In this document: one piece after another, positions 51,162 to 64,000 of the stretch
How the letters are laid out: every line of letters starts with the position of its first letter
How positions within the stretch are numbered: position 1 is the stretch's first letter
From: Marsupella aquatica
Lineage: Eukaryota > Plantae > Marchantiophyta
Direction: 5' to 3'
Length of the DNA: 64,000 nt
NCBI GenBank assembly: GCA_973895155.1
Contig: OZ316893.1
Span: forward strand, 19,162,857-19,226,856
Notes under the pieces: model-generated
What the model saw: the letters and a program-made list of their open reading frames with translations, nothing else
What the model was told of the DNA's origin: nothing
Databases searched by the model: none
Translations under genes and position numbers: made by a program

Positions 51162-54100
51162 TTTTGTGATCTAGGATTCATACATAGTTGGATAGGGAAA
51201 GAGATTGAATGAATGAATGAATCACTCGGTTGGGGATCAACCGGGTGTATATATAATGTCTTGAGGTAACCATGGTAAAGGTAACCTCCTAGTCTGGTCT
51301 AGGACTAGTTAACTCATAACATTCCCCCTTGGCTATATAATGGGAGTTATGGAGACAATCTAGACTAGTCCTAGAACTAGGTAAGAAAAATCTATCACCA
51401 TGCTTATAGACTTGCACGAAATGAGTTTCAGTGATAGTAAAAAGTGTTTGCATGCTTATAGAGATGTATGTTTGATTGACCAAAGAGGTGGACTGCCTCG
51501 TTAAAACCTTTAGCGGTGCTAGATTGAAGTAAAAACAACTCTACCAAGGTAGTAGAGAAAAAATAAAATATATGACCCTAAAGGAAAAAGAGTACAGCCG
51601 GTTGGTTCTCTTGGTGAGATGTGAGAGTTGAACCACAGTGGTGGTGTGTGTCAATCAGTAGTAATCAGGCGGTGTAAGCTTCGGAGTTCAATTGCATGGC
51701 AGTGGTGTCTGTGGACAGGAGGGGTCAATGCCTTCATGAAAAACTTTGTCTAGTTCTCCGCATTTGAAATTTGGGTCACCTGTATGGCCTTGCATCAAAT
51801 AAACAATCTAAGTTCCAAATAATTAGTAGTTTGGTTAGTAGCTGGAGGAACCATGTCATGTTTTAGTATGGCTTATGCTATCTAATACCAGGGGGTATTA
51901 AGATAATTAATGTGGGTTGTGTGGGGATGCAATGGCATTAAATCCTATATGTTTCAGATCACTGGATTGATACCGAAGGTGCTAATTAACCCAATTGCTA
52001 AATGGGAGTTTTCCAAGTGTGGAGTAGACATGTTGCATCAACGGATGCTAATAATGTATTATTATAAAAATGATAAAAAAGTCCTAGTTGGTATGGTGTA
52101 AGTACCATATTTAGAAATGCCCAAAGTCAAGATAAAAGACCCATATGTGGGTAGGATGGGGCAATGTTATCATGGGAGAGTCTATGGCAATAAGCTCATT
52201 TGAGAGTATAGTGGTGCTAATGGACACGAAGGTGTCAGGAGGCACAGAGGTGCTAGTGGACACAGGGTTGTTGACACCAGAGGGTGTTAGGTCTCAAGCT
52301 ACACCAAAGGGTGTATGAACCAGAATCACACCAGAGGGTGTTGGTTAAGTTAGGTCTCCCGTGAGTGGCACGTCTGCCTGCACGTCTGCAAATATCACGG
52401 GGTAGTTTGACAAGTGTGTCAAGACATGGGGTAGCAGGCCATGTAAGTAGATTCAAAATATTATTGAGACATGGGATAGCCATGTAGGGAGATTTGAAGT
52501 TAGAGTAACTTGTGGAGATAAGATGCTCCCCCTAAACTATTTGGCTCCTCGTATAGAGATATATGAAGATTGTCTCTGTTTAGTTTCCAAGTACTAGTTG
52601 TACGTACAATTGTGGTGTAGGTGGGCTCAAGTTCTTCAATAGATAAGTTTTGAGAGAATTGAGTTTCTTTCCCTTGGTCTGCATCTAATTCATATTGTTT
52701 TCCGATTAATTCTATGTTGGGTGTGGGGATGAAAATTGTCTTAATTTTAGTTTCAATCTAAGAGATTTATTTAATAGTAATACACAAAGGTGAATGTGTC
52801 ATTGGTCCGCGATGTTATTCCGTTCCCCAAAATGAAGAGTGTATCAAGGTAGATTACGGGCTTTGCCCATATTAACCCCGCATTGGGTCTTGACTAGATG
52901 AGGTTAGGGGCTTTGCCCATAATCCAAACATCTGTACCATACCTTTAACATTGTTAGTTTTCTAATTCCCTTATCCTAGTCCAGTGTCTTAGAGTAAGTG
53001 TTTTCATTTTGTCTGGTGAACATGATCGTAGGTCCGAAGGGATGAGGTTTGTGGTCTTACTTCTGTACAAGTTGTAAAGGCATGCATGCTAAAAGTGTAT
53101 AAAACTTTAATCAAAGTATAAGATTCTGGTTTTGGGTCTTAATCACTATGTGTATGGCCAAGTAGAGAGGTACTTTCCATTGTAGTGTATGAGTTTGGTT
53201 TAAGTTTTTGAGTAGATAAGTTAGAGACAATGAAGTTTCTTCCCATTGATCTGCATAAAATGCATGTTATTTTCTCTTGAAATTGTGAGTGTGAGGAATA
53301 TCTCTGAAATTTGGAACTCATCTATAGGTAAGGTCCGATAGGAATGCCCACTGATCAAGAGAATGTAAGGGTTAGATTACGGGCTTTGCCCATATTAACT
53401 CCTCATTAACTCATGTATAGATGAGATTAGGGGCTTTGCCCATTATCAAATCATCTCTACCTTTACCTTTGTTAGTCATGGAAAGTCCCTTATCTGAGTC
53501 CGTTTGGATCTTATGAGATCAAATGATACCAGAAGGTGTATAAGTTTAAATGGTACTAGAAGGTGAATGAACCAAAATGACATTAGGAGGTGGGAGATAG
53601 TTGTGGGTACAATGTGCTTTCCTCCCCCTATGGTGGAAAGTGATATTAATGGTGTAACAACCATGTTATATGTATTCAATGTGTATAAATGCTTGTAAAC
53701 TCAACATGTGTATTGGTAGGTAATGTGTAAAGGCACAGTATTCATATTTGTAAAATGAGAGTGTAAGCTTGTGATTTAGGTTTATGTTAAGGATTACACA
53801 TGTATCTTTAACATAAAGAATCAGATATGCTTTAAGTGATCTGATTCTTTTGTAAGTAAAAATACTCTTTATAATGAGTTGCAAGTATGGGGGTTTTGCA
53901 CTTATCAAGTTTTGTCGATGGTTTCTCGAAAAGCCTGGTCCAAATTTTGCCGTTTTGGGCTTGTGCATCGATTCTCCCCCTTTTGCATGGCTTCACGGCT
54001 GCGTCTGTGATCACTGTGTTGTCTTCTCATGAGGTTTCCATCCCTCAAATTTCCTTCAGTCATTTTCACCCTCTGGTTGTTGAGCCCTAATGCAACATTC

Positions 54101-54759
54101 GTTCTCTATAGGGTGTGGTGCCTTTTCAGATCTCACCTTGATTGAAATTTTGTTGATTGTGCTCTGCCTCTATTCAATCAGGTCTCTTTGATTGGATTGA
54201 TTGACTCCAACCCAAGCTTTATCCTGGTTTCTCTATGGACTTTGCGCTGCAGTGTTTCTTCTCCTCCTTCCATAAATCATGTTGCGTACTTTCAATCTTG
54301 CATTTCAGAATCAATTCCTCTAAAGCTTTTATTAATGATCCCATAAGGGTCAATCCATGGGTTCGACTCTTTGTCTGATCAGCCTCTCCTTCTGATTTTG
54401 TTTCTTCTAATTTCTTGGGAGTCAGTTTCTCATAGAGGATACTCCATCAATTTCCAACGCCATGTTGACATGGACTCTCAAATGAAGGTTTCCTTGAAGG
54501 GATTTTGTCTTGGGATTCCCTCAAGTGTCTAATTTTTGTCACTTGTCGAATCCCTAAAAAAATTCAAGTGCTCAGCCTCTGAGAGTCGTGCTGATAACGT
54601 GTTGTGATATAGGATTCATACATAGTTGGAGAGGGAGAGAGATTGAATGAATGAATGAATCACTCGGTTGGGGATCAACCGGGTGTATATATAGTGTCTT
54701 GAGGTAACCATGGTAAAGATAACCTCCTAGTCTGGTCTAGGACTAGTTACCTCATAACA
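51162..54759 (-). mobile_element. Short-LTR decayed/non-autonomous Ty1/copia (Bianca-like); LTRs 51162-51321 and 54600-54759
   Basis: Two near-identical 160-bp LTRs; perfect TSD ATTAT; minus-strand PBS CGTTATCAGCACGA (half-tRNA-iMet type) and PPT CCAAGGGGGAA; 3' motif GTACTCTTTTTCC..AAGGTTTTAACGAGGCA (~51495-51596) recalled from Bianca elements. Confidence 0.85.
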
Positions 54760-57700
54760 ATTATAGGTTCCATTGGACAGAATACCTATCGCACCTGGTG
54801 TCCCTCTTGTTGCAGGTCATATTACAGATGGAATTGTAAGAAGTATCATTTGAGTTAAACAAGACTTTTCATCAAGGTCCATACGGGTTGTTACAATCCA
54901 TTGGGGCATTTTGTTAGACTTGGAGGTCCATTTGGGCTGACTTTCTACATAACTTCCTCTAAAATAACTGGGGGTCCACGGATTAATTTTGCAAATTAAA
55001 TTTTCCTTTAGCTCCAAAACGGCAAAATTACTACACTCTAGTAACAAGAGCAATGTTCTATGAAAATCAAGATTTCCCCCTAGTTTCGGTGGGTGTGAAT
55101 TGTTCCAATGCTTCATAGGTCATTGTGTTGCTTGCTCCCCTTTTCTTTAGGGTTTTTGCGGTCCATTGTAAATAACATTCTTGAAGGAAATTGAGTTCAT
55201 TTTGTTTTTTGTTATAATTGAAGAAACTAGTTGAAGTGCTACGAGTGAAAGGTGAAGTGTTTAGTTCACACATAGTTTCATTGACCATAAAGGCCATATA
55301 ATGTGCTCAAACAGTTGAACGTACCTTCATTTTTTATTGAACTATAAAAACATGGTTAGAGTACTATATGGAGGGACAAGGATATTAAGAAAAAAAAACC
55401 CCCAAATAAAGCTAAGCTTGCAATCAAGACTGCTCTGGCCACAGACATGATATCTTTTGGACATAAGTGATGATGAAATAAGAGACAAAATACTTTTTGG
55501 GTAGATGTGATTATCTGACAGGGTAGGTTTGGACAGAAGTGTAAAGAACAGCATCCAAGCATATCTTTGTGTATTAGCCCAGTCCACCCAAGTTTGGCTG
55601 TCCATGGGGGCTTCATGTACAACATACCAGTCCATCTGGGCTTTAAGTTTGGGACTCAAAGATAGTACAACATTAAGATTTTCACTTGGAAGTGCAATCC
55701 ATAATGGCATTTCAACAATATAATGTTCCCTTTATAAACATCTGATTATCAAATCATAAATTGGATCAGTTCAAGGAAATGCGTACCTTTAACATCAGGG
55801 AGTTCACCTTCATCCATGTAAAAGTTTTCTACTTTGACCAATTCTGAATGATGTGGATACTTACATTTTCCATTTTGTAGGGTTGAAATCTCCCAGATGT
55901 ATGTAGCTCTTGGCTACGCATCTGTAGCTGACTAAACGATAGAGTGAAACAAGATCTCAATTGACTTGGACACATTCTCTTGCCTCTAGCTGACTATGCA
56001 ATTGAGTGAAAGAAAGAGTGACTTGGCCAAATCTTTGTTTTTGCCTCAAGTGAATGCAAATGAACATTGAATTCCTCACTCTCACATTGGGAGCACTGGC
56101 CTATGTAAGGCAGCCCACAATAGATGACTCTTAGACCCAAGGAGCATGCATGTCTCATTCACATGGGTCATGTCATGCCTACCACAGGATAAAATCCTTA
56201 TTCGAACATGCATACACACCATTCATTTTGCAAGGGGAACCTACTAATTAGATCAAAGGTTTTTGTCAAGAATCCAGCCTGACATTTACCACTACTCCCA
56301 CTACCCATCCTTTTGTAGATACAGTAGGCATTTTATGTTTGAGGATGTCCATGCCCATGGTTGCAAGGAGAATGCAATAATTAGATCAAAGGTTTTCATC
56401 GAGCACACACACCCAAGGAAACATCTATCACAACCCCCAGTACCCATCTTTTTGTAGAGTCCAATGGGGATTTATATTTGAGGATCTCCAGATCACTCCC
56501 TTAATTTTCCTACCAAAAGACTTAATGCACTTGTTATTTTTCTCTTTGTAGTATTCTGTGTATTTATGGATAAGAATGCACAATTGTTCTTATAAAATTC
56601 TCATTGCCTTGACACAAAAATAGGATCAATAAACAATCTCTTAAGCCCTTTCAATGTGTTAATGTCTTGTTACCAGAGCATTCTGGATAGTAATAGTCGC
56701 TAAAAACTAGCTCAAGCTCTCATTTTCCAAAACATTATGGCTCACAAAACCCTGTAAAGAGCATGTTACTATATTCATAACCAATTGAGCTATGATAAAG
56801 AGGAGTACATGGAATTCACTATCCCAGCACACACCTTTTGTAGGTGCATGGGTGTTTAAAAGAATGCCCAAGCTTTCCCTTCTTGTCAGACACCCTTTCA
56901 GATGTGCTTGGAGTTTAAGGTTCTGTTCTGGTAAGGGGAGTACCCATTCACCAACAGCTTAATTTCTAAGGTTTTTACTTTGGGGGCCAGTGTGGCAAAT
57001 GTCACTGTGAAGTAGAAGATGCCTTGTCTGATTTTCCTAGATTGATTTTCTCACCACTAGATCTCTCAAAGTTGGGCGTGACCAGCTAATGAGGTCAGTA
57101 GCTAGGTGGGAATCTGGCTGTAGGAAAACACGAATCTAGCCTATTTTGGTTAAAAGTGGCTAAGATACAAAATTTAGCCGATTTCAGTCAAAAGTGGCAA
57201 ATACTTCTTAGAGAGGTCGAATGGCAAATACGCTGTTCACTACTATGGCAAGAACCCCTTCTCAGGTGCACCGGGTTTAAGTTAAAGAAAGTCAATTTCT
57301 GCTCTGACGTATTACACGTACTTCATGTGTAACGACGTCAATTTCTCATCTCTTTATCATATTCCTCCTCCCAGTCAGCACACAAAATGTTCTGCTCAGC
57401 ACACAAAAAGTTCTGCTCTAAAGCGTGGTTGATGTGCTCATGACTGGATATTCTTCAGAAAGTTCATATCAAGTAGTTTTAAATTGTGTCACCGTCCATT
57501 TTCAGTCCCATATTCGCAAATTTCGAGAAACAAAGTTACAAAAGTCGGGTAGAAATGGTTCCAAAGAGTGTAGAGTGAGTTTCCCAGTTCGTCGGCAGGT
57601 TAAACAACTCACAGAACTTTTACAGCCTGCTTCCATGGCGCAGCTCTCAATTGGCAATCGTTACACAGAATCTAGTGCAGCCATTGAGACATTATGATGG

Positions 57701-58900
57701 GTGACGGAATCACTGTTAGCCTGTCAATGCAAACCTCAGGTACTTGGACCTCCGAATTATTACCCTCCCAGACCTGGGTCGGAGTATTCGCTCAGAGGAG
57801 AATTCTGGGAAAAGCACCGATCTGCATGTGTCCTGTGGTAGTGCACTTTCCCAATGGAAGTAGAACATGATTGCCATTTCTTTTCATCCGTAAGAAGTAC
57901 TAATTCGCAGTACTAATTCGCAAGTGGTCTCGTCACCCGTCTCCCTCACAGTCCCCATATGGTAGCTCAATTTCAACTTAACTCACCAGGTCGCTTACTA
58001 AATGTCACGATCACCTGCGAGGGAGGGAGGGAGAGTACAGCCCATACTTCAGACTCGGGTCTCCAGTTGTTATGGCTTGGACACTTGACTTCGTTGGCCT
58101 ATTATATAATTATTCATTCAGCAAGTTTACACTCCCTTTTGTCGTTAACATTGTGATGCTAGACAGAACACAAATGATCCAGATCCAAAGACACTTCCAA
58201 ATTGTTCTCCTGGCGTTCGTCAGATCAGAGTTTCCCTGCAAAGCCTGCTTTGTTGAAACCAATCTAAAAGCACAACGAGCTTGATAATCACAAAATTAGA
58301 ACAGGATTGAACTCTTGCCTTCCACAATGTAACAGAGCTTGCTCCTCCCTGCCGAGGTGCGGCTTTGAGACTTCCGTCTCAAAAATCTACCAGCCATTGC
58401 TTATAAATGCTACCTCACACATTGTATCAGTTCCAGACCTGACAGGATATCTATCTCAGAAATACTGTGCTACTGCGGCTTCAATCTGACCAGAAAGACA
58501 CCTCCCAAAATGGAGGGGCTTCTTACCCGTACCACCGGCTCCTGCTGTAAAGATCACCAAGGCCTTGGTTACCACTGGGCGTTTTACACTACCAATTAGG
58601 GTAGCAACGTGCCCAGCTCTTCATCTAACTGATTATTCTGTATGTAGAGACCAAGAAAGGTGGCTTCTTCATGCTAGGAGCAGCTATCGACTGCCTCTGT
58701 TGATGAAATTGCCGTGTTGTTCTTCATAAAATGAGATGTGGGACCACGCATTCTTTCTCTAAAAAGACCGTTCAGGTTCCAGTCCCGCCAATCTGGGAAG
58801 GGATACCTAAAACAGTCACCTGAATTTTTTAAATGCTCGCTAAAAGTACACACTTCTCCAAAGGATCAGGAGCAGAACAGGTTTAGTTCACTCCTATCAC

Positions 58901-61900
58901 TTACTCCGCAGAATGATTCAACGAGGCATTTGCGTGAGAATTCAGTTCCTCCCTGGAGAAGTGCACATCAAGTGGTGGAGGGAAGCCACTTAGTAACAAC
59001 CTAGAGTCCTCATTGTCCAACGGAGCTTCACGTTTTTTCATGTTTCGCTTGATATGAGGATCTACTTCAACTCCCTCCTGCACTGCACCCATTTGCCGGA
59101 ACTTTGCCACCCGTTGATTCATGAGGGTTTTTGGATCGAGTTTAAGGAGTTCCTGCAGCAAAATCAAAGATCAGGTACAGCGGCACGAATCATCTTTCTT
59201 AACCTGGAAATCTGACGATTCTTGAAGTCCACGTTATTTGACACTGAGCTTGAAACGATTTCACTTCTTAAACATGGGAATTTAAATTCATTCACTTACT
59301 TTTAAGTACTTCACGATAGTTTTCTTGATGGTTTGCGATGTCAGTAATGGATCAGCATGGGCACCACCAAGAGGCTCCTGAACAAAAAAAGACCACCATT
59401 TAAACAATACGCCTTGGCCATGCAGTGACGCGCACCAAAGTCCAGTGTTGAATTCAAAGCCTCTAAACAACACATCAAATAAACGATGGAATCAAGTTCA
59501 ACATGAGACTTGGGTAGGTAAAGCAGAGAAGTATGGTTGAACTCTGCTCTAAGAGCTCATTCATGCAAAGGTTCCCAGCACGGATTCCAGACTGAGACTA
59601 GAGCTTACCGGAATAACGTCATCCACAACATTTAACTCTACGAGCTCTTTTCCCGTTATTCGCAAGGCTTCAGTTGCCTGCAAAACCATAAGACCCAATT
59701 AGCAAACCTCCCATGACACCCGATTCAGGTCCAGGTGCCAACCTTGCCTTCCAGAATACGTCTAGTAACCTTCCCTAACGCACCTTAGGGGCAGCAGCTG
59801 CAGTCTTCCAGAGAATCGCGGCACAAGCTTCTGGACTGCAGAAAGACAAAACAGCAATCCCTTCAACGTAAGAAACTTTGACAATTGCCTGAAAGATCCC
59901 CATCTTCACAACGATGGGTTAACACTTTCGCTTCCCACAATGTCTGCCAATTGTTACTCTGATGTTCGGATTCGAAAATCTACTCGGCTTTGTTGGCTAT
60001 ACTATATATCGAGCCCTTTTGAGTAGAAAGCTAAGGTACTAATGCACTAGATTCTTCTCGAAAATACAGAATAGATTCCTACTTTAACGGCCATGATCCC
60101 TATCCAAGCCTCTTTCAAGGAATACATCAAGGAAATTCGATTCAGAATATTAAAAATGCACATTTTCTTTCATGATACACAGATGACACTAGCTTGGCCC
60201 TAGATGAAGTTCAAGTCAGTGTACGAAGGACTTTTTCATCTCAAATGACTCTTTTGTAAGCACAAACACAATCTGTGGGTGTACCACGCCACCGACAATT
60301 TCGGAAAACTATATTGACAACGCTTACATTTCTTTCCTTTATGAGAAAGAAGTCAACAACAGAAAAAATACCTTGCAACGTAATAAACTGCATTCTCGAG
60401 CATAAGCATCTTGTCACAGCAACCGATAGCCAACGCACCACCAGAACCACCTTCTCCGATGACAGTGGTGATGATCGGAACAGAAAGGCCGAACATCTCC
60501 CTTAAATTGAATGCAATTGCTTCTCCCTGACAGAGAATGGACGGAGAATCAGAGTCGATGACCTTCCCTCTAATATCATGGACATATTAAATCCGGTGCA
60601 AGTGATTGTTTCTACTCCGCTACTGTAGTCGAGTGGAAATCCAGGAAGAAAGTAAATCCACACACCTGGCCCAGTTCTTCAGCTTTGATACCAGCATAGG
60701 CACCAGGCGTATCGATGAACGTTAAGATGGGGAATCCGTGGTGATCCGCATGTCTCATCATTCGCAAAGCCTTCCTATAGCTGCAAATTCCGCAAATTTT
60801 TGGTTAGTTTACGAACGAGCAACAGAGAACCAACATGGACGATAAGGAAATAAATCCAGGATTCACCATATGACATGAAGTAGAGGCTATATGACATGAT
60901 GGTGAACAGATCGGCATGGTCAGAAACTATACCCGTTTGGTGTAGGCATGGCAAAGTTGCGGTAAATGTTTTCCTTTGTGTTTCGACCTTTCTGATGGCC
61001 CATGAACATGAAGCTCATGCCTTCCATCTTCCCAATGCCACATACTAGAGCTGGATCATCGTACCCTGCTCGGTCACCGTGAAGCTCCACCCACTGAAAC
61101 AAGTAATTGCAAGTACAACGGGGGTTGAAAGGTTAAAACCCCGACGGCGAATTCAGCAATCTTAGAATCAGACAAACCCGATGCAGTTTCCCAGGAATTA
61201 ATTCCATGTCTTGCTAACCTTATCAGTCATGTTGAGCACGTGGTCGAGAAATGTCGGCCGATTTGGATGTCGGGCAACACTCAGTCTTTGAACTGGAGTC
61301 AAGTGTAAATACAGATCGCGGCGAACCTATAAATAAAATGGGCACACATTCCGAGAAAGTGTTAATTTTCAGACAGAAACGTGAAAGATGGACTAGACTG
61401 GAATCAAATCAAATTTATCGATTGTGCTCTGCACAGCAAGATCATCGAGAACCCATCGTCATGTGTAAGTTCTGTAGCTTGGAACGGCGTGACCACCAAT
61501 GCGCAACATCGACGGTCAACACTTCTCAAAGAAAGAATTACCATTACCGACATGTTAATTAGGTTATCTCAGCTGTGAGAGGTCATATACCTGGTCGTAC
61601 TTCTGCTCGAGTTCCTTGATTTGCTCACTGAAGTCCATGCCAGTCTTGTTTGCAAGCTCTCTGACCTGCGAAGGAACAACAGAAAGTTTCCGTCACTGCA
61701 ATGAATGACGTGACATATGCAATCCGTCTCATACAATCATCATCGACGCCACCCAAACCGGAGCAGAGGACGAAGCGCTGCTGTAAACCACAAGAAAGCG
61801 TTTGCGTGGCTGGCTATTACGACTATCTATCTATCTTGCTCAACCAAACTGACCCAAATGGCGATGCAATGGATCTACAGCATTGCAGTGGACCGCACCG

Positions 61901-62398
61901 CGCCTTCACATTATACGAATATGGCTCACTGTTACACGAAGTGGGAGAGAAGGATCCGTATAGCAGGCATACCTCGTCAATTTTATTCTCGAGGTCCACG
62001 AGGGGTCTCTCAAACGGAAGTGTGACAGGTTTAGGCTTGTTTGGGAGAGGCTTGAAACGAGAAAGAAACTTGAGATAGCCATCCTGTTCGTCTCCTTTGA
62101 ATTTCTCCGGCCAAGGATACTCAGTCACATTGGTCTTCTTACCCTTGCGAATTTTCGCAGAAACGCTAACACACGCCTCCTTACTGGAACCGTTGTTTCG
62201 GGACGGGAGCTTTGCCCCAGCAAAGACAGCTTGCCCAGATGATCCTTCAGCTGCTACTGCTGCTATGCCATTCCTGCTACTCTGAAGACGTGACGAGGAG
62301 GCATTGTGCGCACAACATCCGGAATGCGAATCCACTGCGCTCCTCGCAGCAGCTAGAGAAGACGCCTGCAAGCCCAGCGCACCAGTCCCAAATCCCAT
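58901..62398 (-). CDS. CAC3: Plastid acetyl-CoA carboxylase carboxyltransferase alpha subunit, ~496 aa; exons 62398-61973, 61665-61591, 61326-61219, 61093-60933, 60780-60666, 60526-60372, 59835-59784, 59677-59609, 59377-59300, 59152-58901
   Basis: Transit-peptide-like N-terminus; [79 protein letters not shown]; GT-AG introns, 1491 nt. Confidence 0.96.
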
Positions 62399-64000
62399 TT
62401 TCCCACGCCTCCTTCTGTAGACGATCCACCAATCGCTCGGCTAGTTGGAAATGGACTTGCGATGTTGCTATCCTCCCGAATTTCCCTTCGCCTGCTAGAG
62501 CTAACTGGTAGCAAGAAATGGCTGGGAGGATGAGGGAAGAGAAGGAGGAGGAGGAGGAGAGAGTGGCAAAGCAAAGGTGAGGTGAGGTGGGCGTCCTGTC
62601 CTCAACACACCACACCGGTTGGAGTAAAGAGAGAAAGAAAGGGAGGGCAATGACGAGACCGGCGAGGTGGGAGAGCTTCGGTGCAAGCGAGGAGCGAATA
62701 TTTGAGAGCGACAAAAAACCGAGGCGGCAATCTTGAGGACCAGGAGACTCGGCAGGACAAGAAAGGGAGAGAGGATCGATCGACCACCTTGGACAAGCAG
62801 CTAGAAAGCAATATTTTTCCTTTCTTTTCTTTCTCTCACTCTGCTGCAGAAGCAAGTGAGGCGAGAGCGCTCATTTGCGATCGGCCGATACCCTTTGTCT
62901 TATCGCTGCCGCCGATCTATCATCCACCAGACAATCTATCGGCTCGCGTTTCCCGTTGCTCTCCTCTTTCACTCGCGACTCCTATACTAAACGAATCCAC
63001 TCCTCGTCCACCATCTTCCCCCTTGTTTGCCTGATTGTTTTTGCTCTGCTCTTCAGCGCTCTCGCGTTCTCTGTTCCGTTCTGTTCTGTTGTGTTCTGTT
63101 CTCTGTTCTGTTCTCTGTTGTGTAGCTTTCTTCCAATGCTAGCTCGACGATTCTCTCGACCGCATCGGAAATAACGGCGAGTCCAAGTTAGTACTACTGT
63201 AGGGCGGGGTCCATGTGGGGGATGGGCCGCAGCGAACCCACCTTCCCTCCCTTGCTTCACAATCAGCAGCGTTTCGACGGTGAGCTCATCGAATGCATCC
63301 ACAACACAAAGGCACCGGTTTTCGTATGCTTTGCACCTTTGGTGTGACCGTGTAAGCGCTCCAACTCAATTTTCGGGCACCGAGCACTGCCCGTGGTGAA
63401 CAAATTTATGATTCTTGGAGTAGGTGATATAAAACGCGGAAAGGTCAACATAAAATTTCCACGTGCCAATCGCTGCTCAGGGCTGGATATTCTAGGTGGG
63501 CTGCCCTGTCCTGCCCGGTCTGGCCGTGTTCTACTAAGGGTCCCAAACGAGCTATTTCTCTGTTTTTTGGGGGTGAGCCCCTTTACACATCTAGGTTTGT
63601 CAAAATGCTTCCATGTATTTTGGGAACTCATATGGACCCCATTAGGAACAATGTCACACGGAAGATTCCTACTTAGTTTCTCTCTAAGGTCCATGGGAGC
63701 ATAGTTTTTGTAAAATTTGAGGTCTAGTAACTCCACTACAAAAAGGAGCACGCAGACACATAGAAGGAATGATACAAAAGAACAATCAGGTTTATCATGG
63801 TATGAAAAATCCATTTCAACTTATGGGTGCTTGTCTCATAGCACAATACACCAATCCTATTGTTTGTTTATGTGCGATTACTGTTCGGAAAAATTTTGCA
63901 ACTGTGACCAAAAACTCAACTCTGAGACAAAACTTATTTTGGGATTGATTTGAGTTGGGTCCAAACACCCTTCTCCATCACCGTCATGTTTTGGGGCACT

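Noticed and set aside
51162-51321. Retrozyme (hammerhead ribozyme in a short LTR)
   Set aside because: No CUGANGA...GAAA core found in the LTR on either strand
62400-64000. Many short overlapping ORFs upstream of CAC3 and elsewhere in intergenic or antisense positions
   Set aside because: Low-complexity UTR/promoter or TE-derived sequence with no recognisable domains or splice-consistent structure

Overview
Eukaryotic land-plant nuclear DNA, probably a non-seed plant such as a bryophyte (inferred from GT-AG intron-rich genes, TTTAGGG motifs and a short plastid ACCase alpha-CT). Five intact host genes were reconstructed by hand: HOP/STI1 (-, 8 exons), exosome subunit RRP43 (-, 8 exons), UEV1/MMS2 (+, 4 exons), an intronless UDP-glycosyltransferase (+) and plastid acetyl-CoA carboxylase alpha-CT (CAC3/accA, -, 10 exons). 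They are separated by TE-rich DNA: a decayed Ty1/copia, two short-LTR Bianca-like elements, MITEs and tandem repeats. The stand-out feature is a 9.5-kb Ty3/gypsy-type retrotransposon (26812-36280, 4-bp TSD AATT). Its polyprotein carries a complete DNMT3-like C5-cytosine methyltransferase between protease and RT, and a PHD finger on the integrase. It has no tRNA primer site but does have a Tf1-like self-priming complement. Its termini are split direct repeats (A-internal-B-A-B), exactly the layout expected if a two-LTR circle were opened at a palindromic CA-GC-TG site and integrated. This copy is disabled by stop codons and frameshifts. All coordinates and alignments were made by eye; no database searches were run.
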